In this document: positions 9,231-19,595 of the stretch, piece by piece | How positions within the stretch are numbered: the first letter of the stretch is position 1 | How the letters are laid out: each line of letters starts with the position of its first letter | Origin: Thermoanaerobaculia bacterium | GTDB lineage: Bacteria; Acidobacteriota; Thermoanaerobaculia; UBA5066 | Direction of reading: 5' to 3' | Length of the DNA: 64,000 bases | Assembly (NCBI GenBank): GCA_963816185.1 | Contig: CAWFJJ010000025.1 | Coordinates: 384,001-448,000, forward strand | Position numbers and translations under genes: made by a program | The notes under the pieces: model-generated | What the model was told of the DNA's origin: nothing | Database searches by the model: none | What the model saw: the letters and a program-made list of their open reading frames with translations, nothing else

Positions 9231-10334
9231 ATGAAATCTTATGTGGGACTGGACGTTCACAGCAAGTCGAGCGTTTTCATGATTCAGAACGAGCGGGGAG
9301 AGGAGCTGGGACGAGGCGAGGTGCCGACCTCTGTGGAAGGGTTTTCCTCGTTGCGGCTACGTTTCAAGCTTCGCGCCTCGACGCTGGTGGCTCTCGAATC
9401 GGGGACGATGGCGTTTTTTGCGGCGCGAAAGCTCAGTGAGCTGGGGCTTTCACCTGTCGTGGTGGATGCGCGAGAGGTCAGGATCAAAGCCCATCGGCCC
9501 CGGCAGAAAAGCGACACGAGAGACGCCGTTGAACTGTGCGAAGGCCTGCGGCGTGGAATCTACCGGTCGATCGTGCATGTGCCGCCGGAGAAGATCGAGC
9601 ACCTTAGAAATACCCTCTCGAGGCGCCGCCATTTCGTGCGTCTCGGGACGGCGCAGATCAACGCGGCGAAAAAGATGCTCCGGAGCGCGGGGCTCTCCGA
9701 GCTCAGCCGCCAGCATCTCGGGACCCTTCGCGCGTGGCAGCGCCTTCTTGGGGCCCTGGTTCCACATCCGCAGGTAAGGAGCTACGTCGAGCTTCACCAC
9801 CGCGCCTGGCAGACTGCCCTCGAGCAGAAGAACGCGTGCGAGAAGAGCCTCGAAAGCCAGCACGCCGCCTTCGGCGAAGACCTCGAGAGACTCAAAACCG
9901 TTCCAGGAGTCGGGGAGATCGTGGCGCTGACGGCAATCGCTGTCTTCTCAGACGCCACGCGCTTTCCGACCGCCAAGCATGCGGCGAGCTACGCGGGGCT
10001 CGTCCCGCAAACCTACCAGTCGGGCGAAACGAACCGCCAGGGCCACATCACCAGGACGGGTTCGCCGGAGCTGCGGGCCATGCTCGTGCAGGCGGCTCAC
10101 ACGGCCAGGCGGCAAAGCAGCCCACTGAATCCGTTTCTGAGAACTCTCACGTTGCGCCTGGGGACACGCCGGGCTGTCACCGCCGTGGCGCATCGTCTTT
10201 GCCGGGTTCTTTACGCGATGCTTCGAGACAAGACGAGCTTTGATCGATCGATGCTGAAAGCCCACGAGCCGCGCACGGCGGTAAAGGATGCCCGGATCTA
10301 TCGACTGAAACCTCAAGCGGCAAAGAGCCGCTGA
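9231..10334 (+). CDS. IS110 family transposase/recombinase
   Basis: VGLDVH, VALESG, KSDTRDA (DEDD); TVPGVG, AASYAGLVP..YQSGE; AVAHRL. Confidence 0.95.
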   Translation: MKSYVGLDVHSKSSVFMIQNERGEELGRGEVPTSVEGFSSLRLRFKLRASTLVALESGTMAFFAARKLSELGLSPVVVDAREVRIKAHRPRQKSDTRDAVELCEGLRRGIYRSIVHVPPEKIEHLRNTLSRRRHFVRLGTAQINAAKKMLRSAGLSELSRQHLGTLRAWQRLLGALVPHPQVRSYVELHHRAWQTALEQKNACEKSLESQHAAFGEDLERLKTVPGVGEIVALTAIAVFSDATRFPTAKHAASYAGLVPQTYQSGETNRQGHITRTGSPELRAMLVQAAHTARRQSSPLNPFLRTLTLRLGTRRAVTAVAHRLCRVLYAMLRDKTSFDRSMLKAHEPRTAVKDARIYRLKPQAAKSR

Positions 10335-10377
10335 AGACGAAGAAAGGAAAAGCACGCCGCAAATCTTGCCGAGAATC

Positions 10378-10530
10378 GGGTGGATGACCCTGCTGCTGAG
10401 CATTGGGCCTCAGAGCCCGGGATATCGTTTGGGGCGCCATCCGCTGAAGTGATACGTGGGGCTCTGACCCCGAATGGACGAGTGGCCGGCTGTTTCGTGC
10501 GGCGCAAGCAAGACATTATTCAGCGAGGGG
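10378..10530 (+). ncRNA. Putative bridge/seek RNA of the IS1111 element
   Basis: Stem CAGAGCCC 10411-10418 / GGGCTCTG 10459-10466 encloses GATATCGTTT (identical to the left flank 9107-9116), a TGG-GGCG-CCA hairpin and CCGCTGAA (antisense to the right flank); boundaries approximate. Confidence 0.7.
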
Positions 10531-10564
10531 CTTGACAGGAATCTTCATGGGCAAGCTCAGCGGC

Positions 10565-11113
<549 letters not shown>

Positions 11114-11154
11114 TACGTAACAGTACCGCCGATGGGGTTTCGATGCTCGTTGCA

Positions 11155-11172
11155 GCCTAACTGGTATTAGAC
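11155..11172 (-). other. attI-like site heading the cassette array
   Basis: Minus strand GTCTAATACCAGTTAGGC resembles the attI1 simple site CCCTAAAACAAAGTTRRRY; no matching attC left arm upstream. Confidence 0.5.
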
Positions 11173-11242
11173 GGCAAGTGGGTCGGGGAGGAAATCGACA
11201 TCGCTATCCCAATTCTGGCGCGAATGGGTAGAGATAGCCAGA

Positions 11243-11758
11243 TTGCGGTGGGCAGGGATATTCGACCCTTACAGGCGAGCTTGCTGGTTCGCGCTTCCCG
11301 CCTCGGGGCTCGCCGCAGCGTTTCTCGCCTCGGTCCGCGGCCGGCGGCACATGCAGATCCTGGCGGGACTCTTCGGCCTCCTGCTCTGCCTGCACCTGAG
11401 AAAGCGGTCTGCCGAGACGTACGAGGACATTCTCAGGGTCCAGCTCGGCACGGCAGAGGACATCGAGTTCCTGAAGTCGCTCCGGCAGGACCGGTTCGAT
11501 CGGATGGTCTTCGTGCCGCTGACGGAGGACCCCCTGAACGAATGGTTCCAGGGGCCCTTATTCGAGTACTACACGGATCGTCCGGTCGCGATCCTCGATC
11601 CTGAAAAGACGCCGCCGAAGAGCGGCGAGAAGCTGCTCGTGCTCAAGTGCGAAGAGCGACACCTCGCGCTCCACGAGCTCGAGAGGCGCTTCGGATTGCG
11701 GCTCACGCACGAAACCTGCGGGCCGCCGTTCTGCGCCTATGACGTCGGGGAGCGCTGA
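11243..11758 (+). CDS. Hypothetical protein, possibly the 3' fragment of a membrane protein
   Basis: Host-like codon usage, two hydrophobic stretches, no clear start; abuts the array. Confidence 0.4.
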   Translation: MRWAGIFDPYRRACWFALPASGLAAAFLASVRGRRHMQILAGLFGLLLCLHLRKRSAETYEDILRVQLGTAEDIEFLKSLRQDRFDRMVFVPLTEDPLNEWFQGPLFEYYTDRPVAILDPEKTPPKSGEKLLVLKCEERHLALHELERRFGLRLTHETCGPPFCAYDVGER

Positions 11759-11761
11759 CCT

Positions 11762-12793
11762 TTAGTCCCCGTCCTGGAACCTGCGGATCCGGGGAGCCGC
11801 GAGCGGCGCCGCGGGGACCGTGCCGCGGCGTTCGAGAAGGTGCCTCACGATCGCGACGGCGTGGAGCCGGCCGTTCTCGATGAAGAGGGAGCCGATCCTC
11901 TCACCCGCGGCCACGACGCCGGCGACGTAGAGGTCCGGCACGTTCGTCTCCATCGTCTCCGGGTCGTGGACGACCTGAAGGTCGTCCGTGACGGTGATGC
12001 CGCACGTCTCGAGGAGCGCGAAATCGGGCCGATAGCCCGTGAGCGCGAAGACGAAGTCGTTCGGAACCGTGAAGATCTTCCCCGCCGTCTCGAGGACGAC
12101 GCAGTGCTCCTCGATCCGGCTGACCGTCGTGTCGAAATGCGCGCGGATCGAGCCTTCCTTGACGCGGTTCTCGATGTCTGGCTTCAGCCAGTACTTCACG
12201 CTCGCCCCGAAAGCGCTCTTGCGGACGGCCATCGTGACGCGGACGCCGTTCCGGTGGAGGTCGAGCGCCGCTTCGACGGCGGAGTTCTTTCCTCCCACGA
12301 CGAGGACGTCCGTGCACGCGTGCGCGAACGGCTCGGTGTAGTAATGCGACACCTTCGGTAGGTCCTCGCCGGGAACGCCGAGGAGGTTCGGGTTCGCGTA
12401 GAAGCCGGTCGCCAGAGCGACGGCGCGGGCCATGTGGACGCCCTTCGCCGTCTCGACGCGGAAGAGAGCGCCTTCGCGGTTCACCGAGAGCACGCGCTCG
12501 TGAAGACGGATCGCGAGCCCCTCGCGGTCGGCCACCTTCCGGTAGTAGACGAGGCCCTCGCGCCGCGTGGGCTTCCCGGATGCGGTGACGAACGGATGGC
12601 CGCCGATCTCGAGCAGCTCGGGAGTCGAGAAGAAGACCGTGTACGTGGGCCAGTGGACGAGCGTGTCGAGGAGCGCGCCTTTTTCGATCACGACGTGCGA
12701 GAGGCCCTGGCGCGCCGCCTCGAGCGCACATGCGAGGCCGACCGGGCCTGCACCGACGACGAGGAGGTCGAGGGGGGCGTCCGCAGTTTCCAT
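11762..12793 (-). CDS. YpdA family putative bacillithiol disulfide reductase
   Basis: GAGPVG, FFSTPELLEIG, KPTRREGLVYY, GGKNSAVEAAL, VKYWLKPDIENR, FIENGRLHA. Confidence 0.88.
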   Translation of the reverse strand: METADAPLDLLVVGAGPVGLACALEAARQGLSHVVIEKGALLDTLVHWPTYTVFFSTPELLEIGGHPFVTASGKPTRREGLVYYRKVADREGLAIRLHERVLSVNREGALFRVETAKGVHMARAVALATGFYANPNLLGVPGEDLPKVSHYYTEPFAHACTDVLVVGGKNSAVEAALDLHRNGVRVTMAVRKSAFGASVKYWLKPDIENRVKEGSIRAHFDTTVSRIEEHCVVLETAGKIFTVPNDFVFALTGYRPDFALLETCGITVTDDLQVVHDPETMETNVPDLYVAGVVAAGERIGSLFIENGRLHAVAIVRHLLERRGTVPAAPLAAPRIRRFQDGD

Positions 12794-12833
12794 GACGAGA
12801 GGATAACGGGAGGCGGGCGTACACTTTGCCTTC

Positions 12834-13442
12834 ATGAAGGCCCTGTACCGCTTCGCCGCCCTCGCCGCCTCTCTGCCGCTTCTCGGGTGCGCTTCCGCGT
12901 CCGCCACGAGCTCCGCGGCGTCCGGCGCCGTCCCGGCGCCGAAGAAGGCGATCGTCCTCGTCGAGGCGAAGGGACCGGAGCCGGAGGTCGAGCGTTTCGT
13001 TCCGCGCTTTCTCTCCGCCGCGAGCGACCGTGGCCTCGGCGCGATCGTGGATGCGCGGCTCTCGGGCGCGCGTCTCGCCGACGTGGCCGTGACCGGCGAG
13101 GCGAGCACGGAGTTTCGGAAGGCCTGGCCCGGTGACGTCTATCTCGGCATCGCGCTCGCCCCGTGCGCCATCCGACGGCACGAAGGCCGCGTCTACAACC
13201 GCCGGGCGGACCCGGGGACGGGTCTGGACGTGCGCGTGGAGGATGTCGTCGTCTCGTACGAGGCGGACTGCTCCGTGAGCGTCTCGATCGTGACGGCGCC
13301 GGGCGCGCCCGGGAAAGCGATCGACGTCATCGGCCGCAACGGCACCTCCGAGGTGTCGACCGCCGACACGGAGGCGGAGGCCCAGGCCGCCGAGGACGCC
13401 GCTGAACGCGCGGTGAAAAAGCTCGTCCCGGCGCTGCGCTGA
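12834..13442 (+). CDS. Hypothetical lipoprotein
   Basis: Signal peptide with an LLGC lipobox. Confidence 0.65.
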   Translation: MKALYRFAALAASLPLLGCASASATSSAASGAVPAPKKAIVLVEAKGPEPEVERFVPRFLSAASDRGLGAIVDARLSGARLADVAVTGEASTEFRKAWPGDVYLGIALAPCAIRRHEGRVYNRRADPGTGLDVRVEDVVVSYEADCSVSVSIVTAPGAPGKAIDVIGRNGTSEVSTADTEAEAQAAEDAAERAVKKLVPALR

Positions 13443-13465
13443 GCCGGCCGCGGACGCGCGACACG

Positions 13466-13870
13466 ATGGGCGAGCGCCGCTCCCACGGGGTCTTCCTCCT
13501 CGAGGCGCTCGTCTCCCTTGCGATCCTCGGAATCGTCCTGACGCTCGGCGCAAGCTTCCTGGCGCGCCGCCGCGCGCTCGAGCGTGATCGCCTCGACCGC
13601 GAGCGCGCCGTGCGCGCGCTCGCGAGCGAATGGATCTACCTGCGCACGTCGTTCCGAAACGACGTGTTTCCGAAGGACCGCCGGCCGTTCGTGGGTCCGG
13701 GCGATTTCGTGGATGCGCTCGACGAGAGAAACCCGCTCCTCAGGGTGAAGTCGACCGAGGTCGACGGGCTCTGCTTCGTCCACCTCGAGATCGGATACGG
13801 CGAGAGGATGGCGAAGCAGATCGTGCAGGAGGGTTACGTCTTCCGCGGCGCCGTGGGACCGCCGCCGTGA
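13466..13870 (+). CDS. Prepilin-type (minor pseudopilin) protein
   Basis: G/VFLLEALVSLAILG class III signal. Confidence 0.7.
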   Translation: MGERRSHGVFLLEALVSLAILGIVLTLGASFLARRRALERDRLDRERAVRALASEWIYLRTSFRNDVFPKDRRPFVGPGDFVDALDERNPLLRVKSTEVDGLCFVHLEIGYGERMAKQIVQEGYVFRGAVGPPP

Positions 13871-14382
13871 AAAAGCGGGACTCGTCTCTCGGCTTGTCTC
13901 TTGGTTTCTCCCTCGTCGAGCTGTGCGTCGTCCTTTTCATCGGCGTGGTTTTGCTGTTCTCGCTGCTGCCCGTTTCGCTGGGCCTCCTGAGGCAGCAGGC
14001 CGGCCTCGACGCGAGGAGGCTGTCCGTCGAGATGTTCCCGCTCCTCTGGGAGCGTCTTTCCGCCGATTTCGCGCGTGCGTCGGCGGCCGTCGTCTCACCG
14101 CCGTTTCCCTCGCCCGCCTTTCGGCTGGATCTCGTGCCGCTCCGCGGGGAGGACCCTCGGATCTCGTGGGCCGTCCACGGGAGCAAAGTCGAGAGGACGA
14201 GCACGAGAGAGAAGGCGGAAGGGGAGACCGTGAGCGCGACCTCGGCCTGGACGCTCCCGGGCACGCTGTCCCTCGATCCGGACGAGCTCGCGAACGGGCG
14301 TCTGCTTTTGCGGTGGAGCGAGGGGAAAAAGACCGAGCTGATCGCGCTGGCCTGCGGCCGCCCCACGGAGAAGGCGCCATGA
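13867..14382 (+). CDS. Prepilin-type (GspJ/PilW-like) protein
   Basis: G/FSLVELCVVLFIG; GTGA translational coupling. Confidence 0.7.
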   Translation: MKKRDSSLGLSLGFSLVELCVVLFIGVVLLFSLLPVSLGLLRQQAGLDARRLSVEMFPLLWERLSADFARASAAVVSPPFPSPAFRLDLVPLRGEDPRISWAVHGSKVERTSTREKAEGETVSATSAWTLPGTLSLDPDELANGRLLLRWSEGKKTELIALACGRPTEKAP

Positions 14383-14783
14383 GGTCCGGGAGGCGCCGCG
14401 AACGGGGGAGCTCGCTCCTTCTCGTGATGGGGATCCTCGTCGTCTTCGGCCTCGTCCTCGGAGTTCTGGCCACGATTCTCCTGACCGATCTTCGCGCGAG
14501 CCGCCGCCGCGCGAACGACCGCTACGCGGTCGAGCTCGCGCGTTCGGGCGTGGACTGGGCGCGCGCGTGGCTCATGGAGAAAGGACAGGTTCCGCCGGGG
14601 CGCCTGAAGCTCGAGGGCGGCGAGATCGAGGTGCGCGCCGAGGAGCTGCCGTCGGGCGGCCGGCGGATCGTGTCCGTCGGGCGCGTCCTGGAAAGCTCGG
14701 CCGTGCTCGCAGCGCGGGTCGAGATCGCGGTGATGGAGGCCCCCGCCCCGCCGTCTCCTGTGGATCTCAGCGCGACTCCGTGA
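14379..14783 (+). CDS. PilX/GspK-like minor pilin
   Basis: RERG/SSLLLVM lacking E5; ARSGVDWA; ATGA coupling. Confidence 0.65.
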   Translation: MRSGRRRERGSSLLLVMGILVVFGLVLGVLATILLTDLRASRRRANDRYAVELARSGVDWARAWLMEKGQVPPGRLKLEGGEIEVRAEELPSGGRRIVSVGRVLESSAVLAARVEIAVMEAPAPPSPVDLSATP

Positions 14784-15951
14784 GCGTCACGTTCACGGTG
14801 ATCGTGCGGTCGTTCCTGACGATCCTGACGGGAACGGTATCGCCGATCTTTTGCGACTCGAGCGTGGTGACGAGGTCGTCGTAGCTCGCGACCTTCTTGC
14901 CGGCCACGCCCACGATGATGTCGCCGAGGACGAGCGACCCGTCTTCGTCGCGCCCGGTGCCGCGCAGCCCGGCTTTCGCGGCTCCGCTCCCTTCCTGCAC
15001 GCCGAGGACGAGGACGCCCGAGACGCCGAGCTGCTGTGTGATGGCTTCGTTTGCGGGAAAGATGCCGAGGCGCGGGCGCACGATCCTGCCGTGCGCGATG
15101 AGCTCGGGAACGACCTCGTTCACCGTGTCGACGGGCACGGCGAAGCCGATCCCGGCGCTCGCGCCGGAGGGGCTCGCGATCTGCGTGTTCACCCCGATGA
15201 GGCGCCCGGCGCTGTCGAGCAACGGGCCTCCGGAATTGCCGGGGTTGATCGCGGCGTCCGTCTGGATGACGTTTTGGATCTTGCGGCTCGTCAGCGACTC
15301 GATCGTGCGTCCGAGCGCGCTCACGACGCCGGTCGTGAGGGTCTCGTCGAGGCCGAACGGGTTTCCGATCGCGAACACTTTCTGACCTACCTGCAGCCCC
15401 CGGCTTGTGCCGACGAGAATCGGCGGCAGCTTCTCGGGCGGGGCCGAGATCCTGAGGACGGCGAGGTCCCGGTCCGGCTCGGTGCCGACGACGGTGGCCT
15501 TCCAGTTCGACTGGTCCGAGAGCGTGACGACGAACGAGTCCCCGCCCAGGAGGATGACGTGAGCATTCGTGACGACGTGTCCCTGCCGGTCCCACACGAA
15601 GCCCGAGCCCGCGCCCTGCGGCACCTCGGTCATCTCGAAGAAGTTGATCGCGCGCTTGGCGAGCGTCGTGATGTAGACGACCGAGGGGCTTGAGGCCTTG
15701 AAGAGCGCGATCGTGGCCTTCTCATCCTCGGCGAGATCGCCGCGCGCAACGACGGGCCGCGGGTCGGCCGAGCCGCCCGAGAACTTCTGCGGGGCGGGGC
15801 CGATCCCGTCACGCCGCCCGAGGCCTCCGCGCAGGAGAAAGAACGCTCCCCAGCCGGCGAGAAGGACGACGAGGAGCGGCCCGAAAAAGCTTCGTCGCCG
15901 CACCGAAGGAGGCGGCGGGGGATACCCGATCGGCGGCGGGACGCTCGACAC
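14767..15951 (-). CDS. HtrA/DegP-like trypsin serine protease with PDZ domain
   Basis: GSGFVW, VTNAHV, DLAVL, QTDAAINPGNSGGPL. Confidence 0.93.
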   Translation of the reverse strand: MSSVPPPIGYPPPPPSVRRRSFFGPLLVVLLAGWGAFFLLRGGLGRRDGIGPAPQKFSGGSADPRPVVARGDLAEDEKATIALFKASSPSVVYITTLAKRAINFFEMTEVPQGAGSGFVWDRQGHVVTNAHVILLGGDSFVVTLSDQSNWKATVVGTEPDRDLAVLRISAPPEKLPPILVGTSRGLQVGQKVFAIGNPFGLDETLTTGVVSALGRTIESLTSRKIQNVIQTDAAINPGNSGGPLLDSAGRLIGVNTQIASPSGASAGIGFAVPVDTVNEVVPELIAHGRIVRPRLGIFPANEAITQQLGVSGVLVLGVQEGSGAAKAGLRGTGRDEDGSLVLGDIIVGVAGKKVASYDDLVTTLESQKIGDTVPVRIVRNDRTITVNVTLTESR

Positions 15952-15970
15952 CGAGAAACGCTCCTACCTG

Positions 15971-16537
15971 TCAGGGCACGGCGCGGATGGACTCGATGAC
16001 GACCTGCGTCTTCGGGATGTCCTGGGGCCCCGTGGGCACGGCCTTGATCTTGTCCACCACGTCCATGCCGGACGTGACCTTGCCGAACACGCAGTAGCCG
16101 ATGCCCTCCGGCGAGGAGTCCTGGTAGTCCAGACTTCCGTTGTTCTTCACGTTGATGTAGAACTGAGACGTCGCGCTGTTCGGGTCGGACGTCCGCGCCA
16201 TCGCGATCGTCCCGAGATCGTTCTTGAGGCGGTTCGCCGCCTCGTTCTTGATCGCGGCGCGCGTCGGCTTCTTGTTCATGGCCGTGTCGAAGCCGCCGCC
16301 CTGGACCATGAAATTGTTGATCACGCGGTGGAAGATCGTGCCGTCGTAGAACTTGTCGTTCACGTACTGCAGGAAGTTCTTGACGGTCTCCGGCGCCTTG
16401 TCCGGATAGAGCTCGATCGTGACGCTCCCGAGGGAGGTCTTCATGACGACGGTCGGGTGCTTCACGGGGCTTGCTCCCTTCAGGGTGGCAGTTAAGAGAA
16501 ACGCTCCGGCGAGGACGAAAGCAAGGTCTCTTCTCAT
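15971..16537 (-). CDS. ppiA: Periplasmic cyclophilin-type peptidyl-prolyl isomerase
   Basis: APETVKNF, FHRVINNFMVQGGG, AMART, SATSQFYIN. Confidence 0.9.
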   Translation of the reverse strand: MRRDLAFVLAGAFLLTATLKGASPVKHPTVVMKTSLGSVTIELYPDKAPETVKNFLQYVNDKFYDGTIFHRVINNFMVQGGGFDTAMNKKPTRAAIKNEAANRLKNDLGTIAMARTSDPNSATSQFYINVKNNGSLDYQDSSPEGIGYCVFGKVTSGMDVVDKIKAVPTGPQDIPKTQVVIESIRAVP

Positions 16538-16616
16538 GCGCGAGAAGGTATCACGCTCGGGGGAGCCGTCGGGCGGCGAGGAAGAGGAGGGTCGCCGCGA
16601 CCGCCTGAGCCGCCCG

Positions 16617-18143
16617 TCAGTACAGGAAGCCGGGCGCCGTGCGGACGGTGCCGCGCGCGGCGCGGATCTCGACCGGATGAAATGAGCCGGCGCGCTTCGC
16701 GTTGCTCACGAACGAGACGAGATAGCGCGTCCTGAGATCGCGCTCGAGCTTTGCGAAGACGTCGTTCAGGGCGCCGGCGTTCGGAACGACGTAGGTGCGT
16801 CCGCCGGTCGCTTCCGTGAAGCGCTCGAGCACCTCGCGGTTCGGGAGCTGCTGAACGTGGGTGACGCTCATTTCCTCGACGACCTTTCCGTCCGCGTCCT
16901 TGTGGCGCTTGAAGTGCTGGACCTCCTCAATCCACGGGAGAGCCAGGGCGAAGATCGGGACTCCGGCCTGGCGTGCGAAGTCGAGGGCGTGCACTTCCGT
17001 GACGTCGTCTTCGAACGCGTTCCCGTCCGTAACGAGGAGCAGCGCGCGCGCGCCTTCTCCTCCGCGTAGCTGATAGAGGGCATCGACGATGGCCTCGTGG
17101 AGGACGGTGCCGGGGACCGGGTCCTCCCCGAGGGCGAGGACGGCATCCTCGAGGGCCTGGCGCGACCTCGTCCAGTCGAGGACATGTCCGACGGTGACCC
17201 CGAACCGCTGGAGAAACGCGGTGTCGCGGGGGCCCAGCGCCTTGAGAAACCGGTCCGCGACGATGTCGCGAAGCTCCCGCGTGTAGAGGAGGCTCTGGGA
17301 CGTGTCGATCGCGATGCCGACCGCGAGGCTCCCGTCGCGCACGAGCCGCGCTTCGCGGATCTCGCATTTCCCCCGGCTGTCGCGCACCGTGAAGTCCGAG
17401 GCCGCGAGGTCTTCCACGGGCTTGCCGTGCTTCGTGACCGCGACCATCTGCTCGACGACGTGAGTATCGAGCGAGGCCTGCAGCCCGCGTCCGTTCAGGA
17501 GGATCGAACGCTCGGCGGCGCGCCCGAGCGCCGTCTTCACGCGCGCGGTGAGCACGACAGGGGAGTCGGGGAGGTGAACGGGCGCGTTTCGGACGTCGCC
17601 GGCGCCTTCCAGCGGGACGTTCCGTCCATCCACATCGAGCGTGACCGAGGCCAGCGTGTCCGCCGCCGGCGCGACGGCGCGGACGAGCGCGGTCACGGAG
17701 CCCGAGACCCGCTGCCCGTCGAGCGGCGCGAGGAACTGCAGGGTGAGCCGGCGGCCCCCCGCGTTGAGGGGCGTCTCGACGCGGTAGAGGGGGCGGCGAT
17801 CGTGGTCGAGCGCGAGGGCGACAACGGTCTTCTCGTGCGGCACGGGGCCGACGTCCAGAAAGAACTCGAACGGGCGCGAGGTCGTGCGCGACCAGTCCTC
17901 GACCTGCCATTTCACGAACGCGACATCGCGGTCGCGCGTCTCCGCCTGAAGGCGCACCCGGCCGGTGACCATTCCCTCCGGCGCGCGCACCTCGAAAAGC
18001 GTCTCGCCGGGCGCGGCGCCTTCCGTGAGACTCGCAGGCACGACGAGGGCAAGGACGACCAGGGCCTGCGCGGGCCGTCCGCCCGCCCCATGCCTAGCCC
18101 GCGCCGCCAGGCCCCACCATCTTGGAGGGATCGATCCACGCAT
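16617..18143 (-). CDS. VWA domain protein with Ig-like N-terminus (acidobacterial VWFA-related)
   Basis: [30 protein letters not shown]; start uncertain (overlaps fumC). Confidence 0.75.
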   Translation of the reverse strand: MRGSIPPRWWGLAARARHGAGGRPAQALVVLALVVPASLTEGAAPGETLFEVRAPEGMVTGRVRLQAETRDRDVAFVKWQVEDWSRTTSRPFEFFLDVGPVPHEKTVVALALDHDRRPLYRVETPLNAGGRRLTLQFLAPLDGQRVSGSVTALVRAVAPAADTLASVTLDVDGRNVPLEGAGDVRNAPVHLPDSPVVLTARVKTALGRAAERSILLNGRGLQASLDTHVVEQMVAVTKHGKPVEDLAASDFTVRDSRGKCEIREARLVRDGSLAVGIAIDTSQSLLYTRELRDIVADRFLKALGPRDTAFLQRFGVTVGHVLDWTRSRQALEDAVLALGEDPVPGTVLHEAIVDALYQLRGGEGARALLLVTDGNAFEDDVTEVHALDFARQAGVPIFALALPWIEEVQHFKRHKDADGKVVEEMSVTHVQQLPNREVLERFTEATGGRTYVVPNAGALNDVFAKLERDLRTRYLVSFVSNAKRAGSFHPVEIRAARGTVRTAPGFLY

Positions 18144-19491
18144 CGAACTCTTCGGACGTCAAGAAGCCGAGCTTGAGGGCGGCCTCCTTGAGCGTCAGGC
18201 CTTCCCGGTGGGCCGTCTTCGCGATCGCGGCCGCCTTGTCGTACCCGATGTGGGGATTCAGCGCCGTGACGAGCATGAGCGACTTCTTCACGAGGTCGTC
18301 GATGCGCGCGCGGTCGGCCTCGAGCCCTTCGGCGCAATGGATACGGAAGCTGCGGCAGCCGTCCGCGAGCAGCCGCGTCGACTCGAGGACGTTGTGGATC
18401 ATCACGGGCTTGAAGACGTGCAGGTCGAAGTTGCCCTGGCTCGCGGCGAACGCGACGGCGGCGTCGTTGCCGTAAACCTGGACGACGACCATCGTGAGGG
18501 CCTCGGCCTGCGTCGGGTTCACTTTGCCCGGCATGATGGAGCTCCCCGGCTCGTTCTCGGGAATGCGGAGCTCGCCGATGCCGCAGCGCGGGCCGGAGGC
18601 GAGCCAGCGCACGTCGTTCGCGATCTTCATCAGCGAGCCGGCGAGCGTCCGAAGCGCGCCGGAGGCGAACGCGAGGGCGTCGTGCGCCGCGAGCGCCTCG
18701 AACTTGTTCGGCGCCGAGACGAAAGGAAGGCCCGTCATCTCCGCGACGCGCCTCGCGACCCGGACGGCGTACTCGGGATGCGTGTTGAGTCCCGTGCCGA
18801 CGGCCGTCCCGCCGATCGCGAGCTCGAGGAGGTGAGGCAACGCTTGCCTGACGTGCGCGATCCCGTGGTCGAGCTGCGACACCCAGCCGGAGATCTCCTG
18901 GCCGAGCGTCAGCGGGACGGCGTCCTGCAGGTGCGTGCGGCCGATCTTCACGACGTCCTTGAACTCCCGCGCCTTGCCGTCGAGCACGTCGCGCAGCTTC
19001 TTCACCTCGGGGAGCAGCCGCTCCTCGATCTCCGAGACGGCCGCGATGTGCATCGCCGTCGGGAACGTGTCGTTCGAGGACTGCGACTTGTTCACGTCGT
19101 CGTTCGGGTGGACGGGAACCTTCGAGCCCATGGCGCCGCCCGCCATCTCGATCGCGCGGTTGCCGATGACCTCGTTCACGTTCATGTTCGTCTGCGTGCC
19201 GCTGCCGGTCTGGAAGATGACGAGCGGGAAGTGCGCGTCGAGCTTGCCGTCGATGACTTCCTGCGCGGCGGCCGCAATGAGCCTCGCGCGATCCTGAGGC
19301 AGCAGGCCGAGCTCCTGGTTCACCTCGGCGGCGGCCTTCTTCAGAATTCCGAAGGCCCAGATCATCGGGCGCGTGAACCGGATCTCCCCGATCTCGAAGT
19401 TCTGGAGCGAGCGCTGCGTCTGCGCGCCCCAGTAGCGGTCGGCCTCGACCGCGATCTCTCCCATCGTGTCCTTCTCGATCCGTGTCGCCAT
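18094..19491 (-). CDS. fumC: Class II fumarate hydratase
   Basis: [32 protein letters not shown]. Confidence 0.97.
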   Translation of the reverse strand: MATRIEKDTMGEIAVEADRYWGAQTQRSLQNFEIGEIRFTRPMIWAFGILKKAAAEVNQELGLLPQDRARLIAAAAQEVIDGKLDAHFPLVIFQTGSGTQTNMNVNEVIGNRAIEMAGGAMGSKVPVHPNDDVNKSQSSNDTFPTAMHIAAVSEIEERLLPEVKKLRDVLDGKAREFKDVVKIGRTHLQDAVPLTLGQEISGWVSQLDHGIAHVRQALPHLLELAIGGTAVGTGLNTHPEYAVRVARRVAEMTGLPFVSAPNKFEALAAHDALAFASGALRTLAGSLMKIANDVRWLASGPRCGIGELRIPENEPGSSIMPGKVNPTQAEALTMVVVQVYGNDAAVAFAASQGNFDLHVFKPVMIHNVLESTRLLADGCRSFRIHCAEGLEADRARIDDLVKKSLMLVTALNPHIGYDKAAAIAKTAHREGLTLKEAALKLGFLTSEEFDAWIDPSKMVGPGGAG

Positions 19492-19595
19492 GGCGTCCCT
19501 CGCGTCCGGGAACGGGCGACTGATTCTAGTTCTTGCCCGCGCCTTTCGAGCTCTCCGCGTGACCGCGCTCACAGGAGACGCGCTCGGCCGGTAAA

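Larger units (their letters stand above)
9117..10557 (+). mobile_element. IS110-family (IS1111-type) insertion sequence inserted in an attC site
   Basis: DEDD transposase; subterminal IR ATGAAGA (9119-9125) / TCTTCAT (10542-10548); long 3' non-coding end; flanks rejoin to GCCTAAC-GATATCG-TTTCAGCGG, collinear with the neighbouring attC; no target-site duplication. Confidence 0.88.

Noticed and set aside
10532-10557. Strong circle-junction promoter TTGACA-N17-TATCGT
   Set aside because: TATCGT (9109-9114) belongs to the target flank once the core is placed from the RNA guide; the predicted junction gives only a weak -10, so no promoter is claimed.
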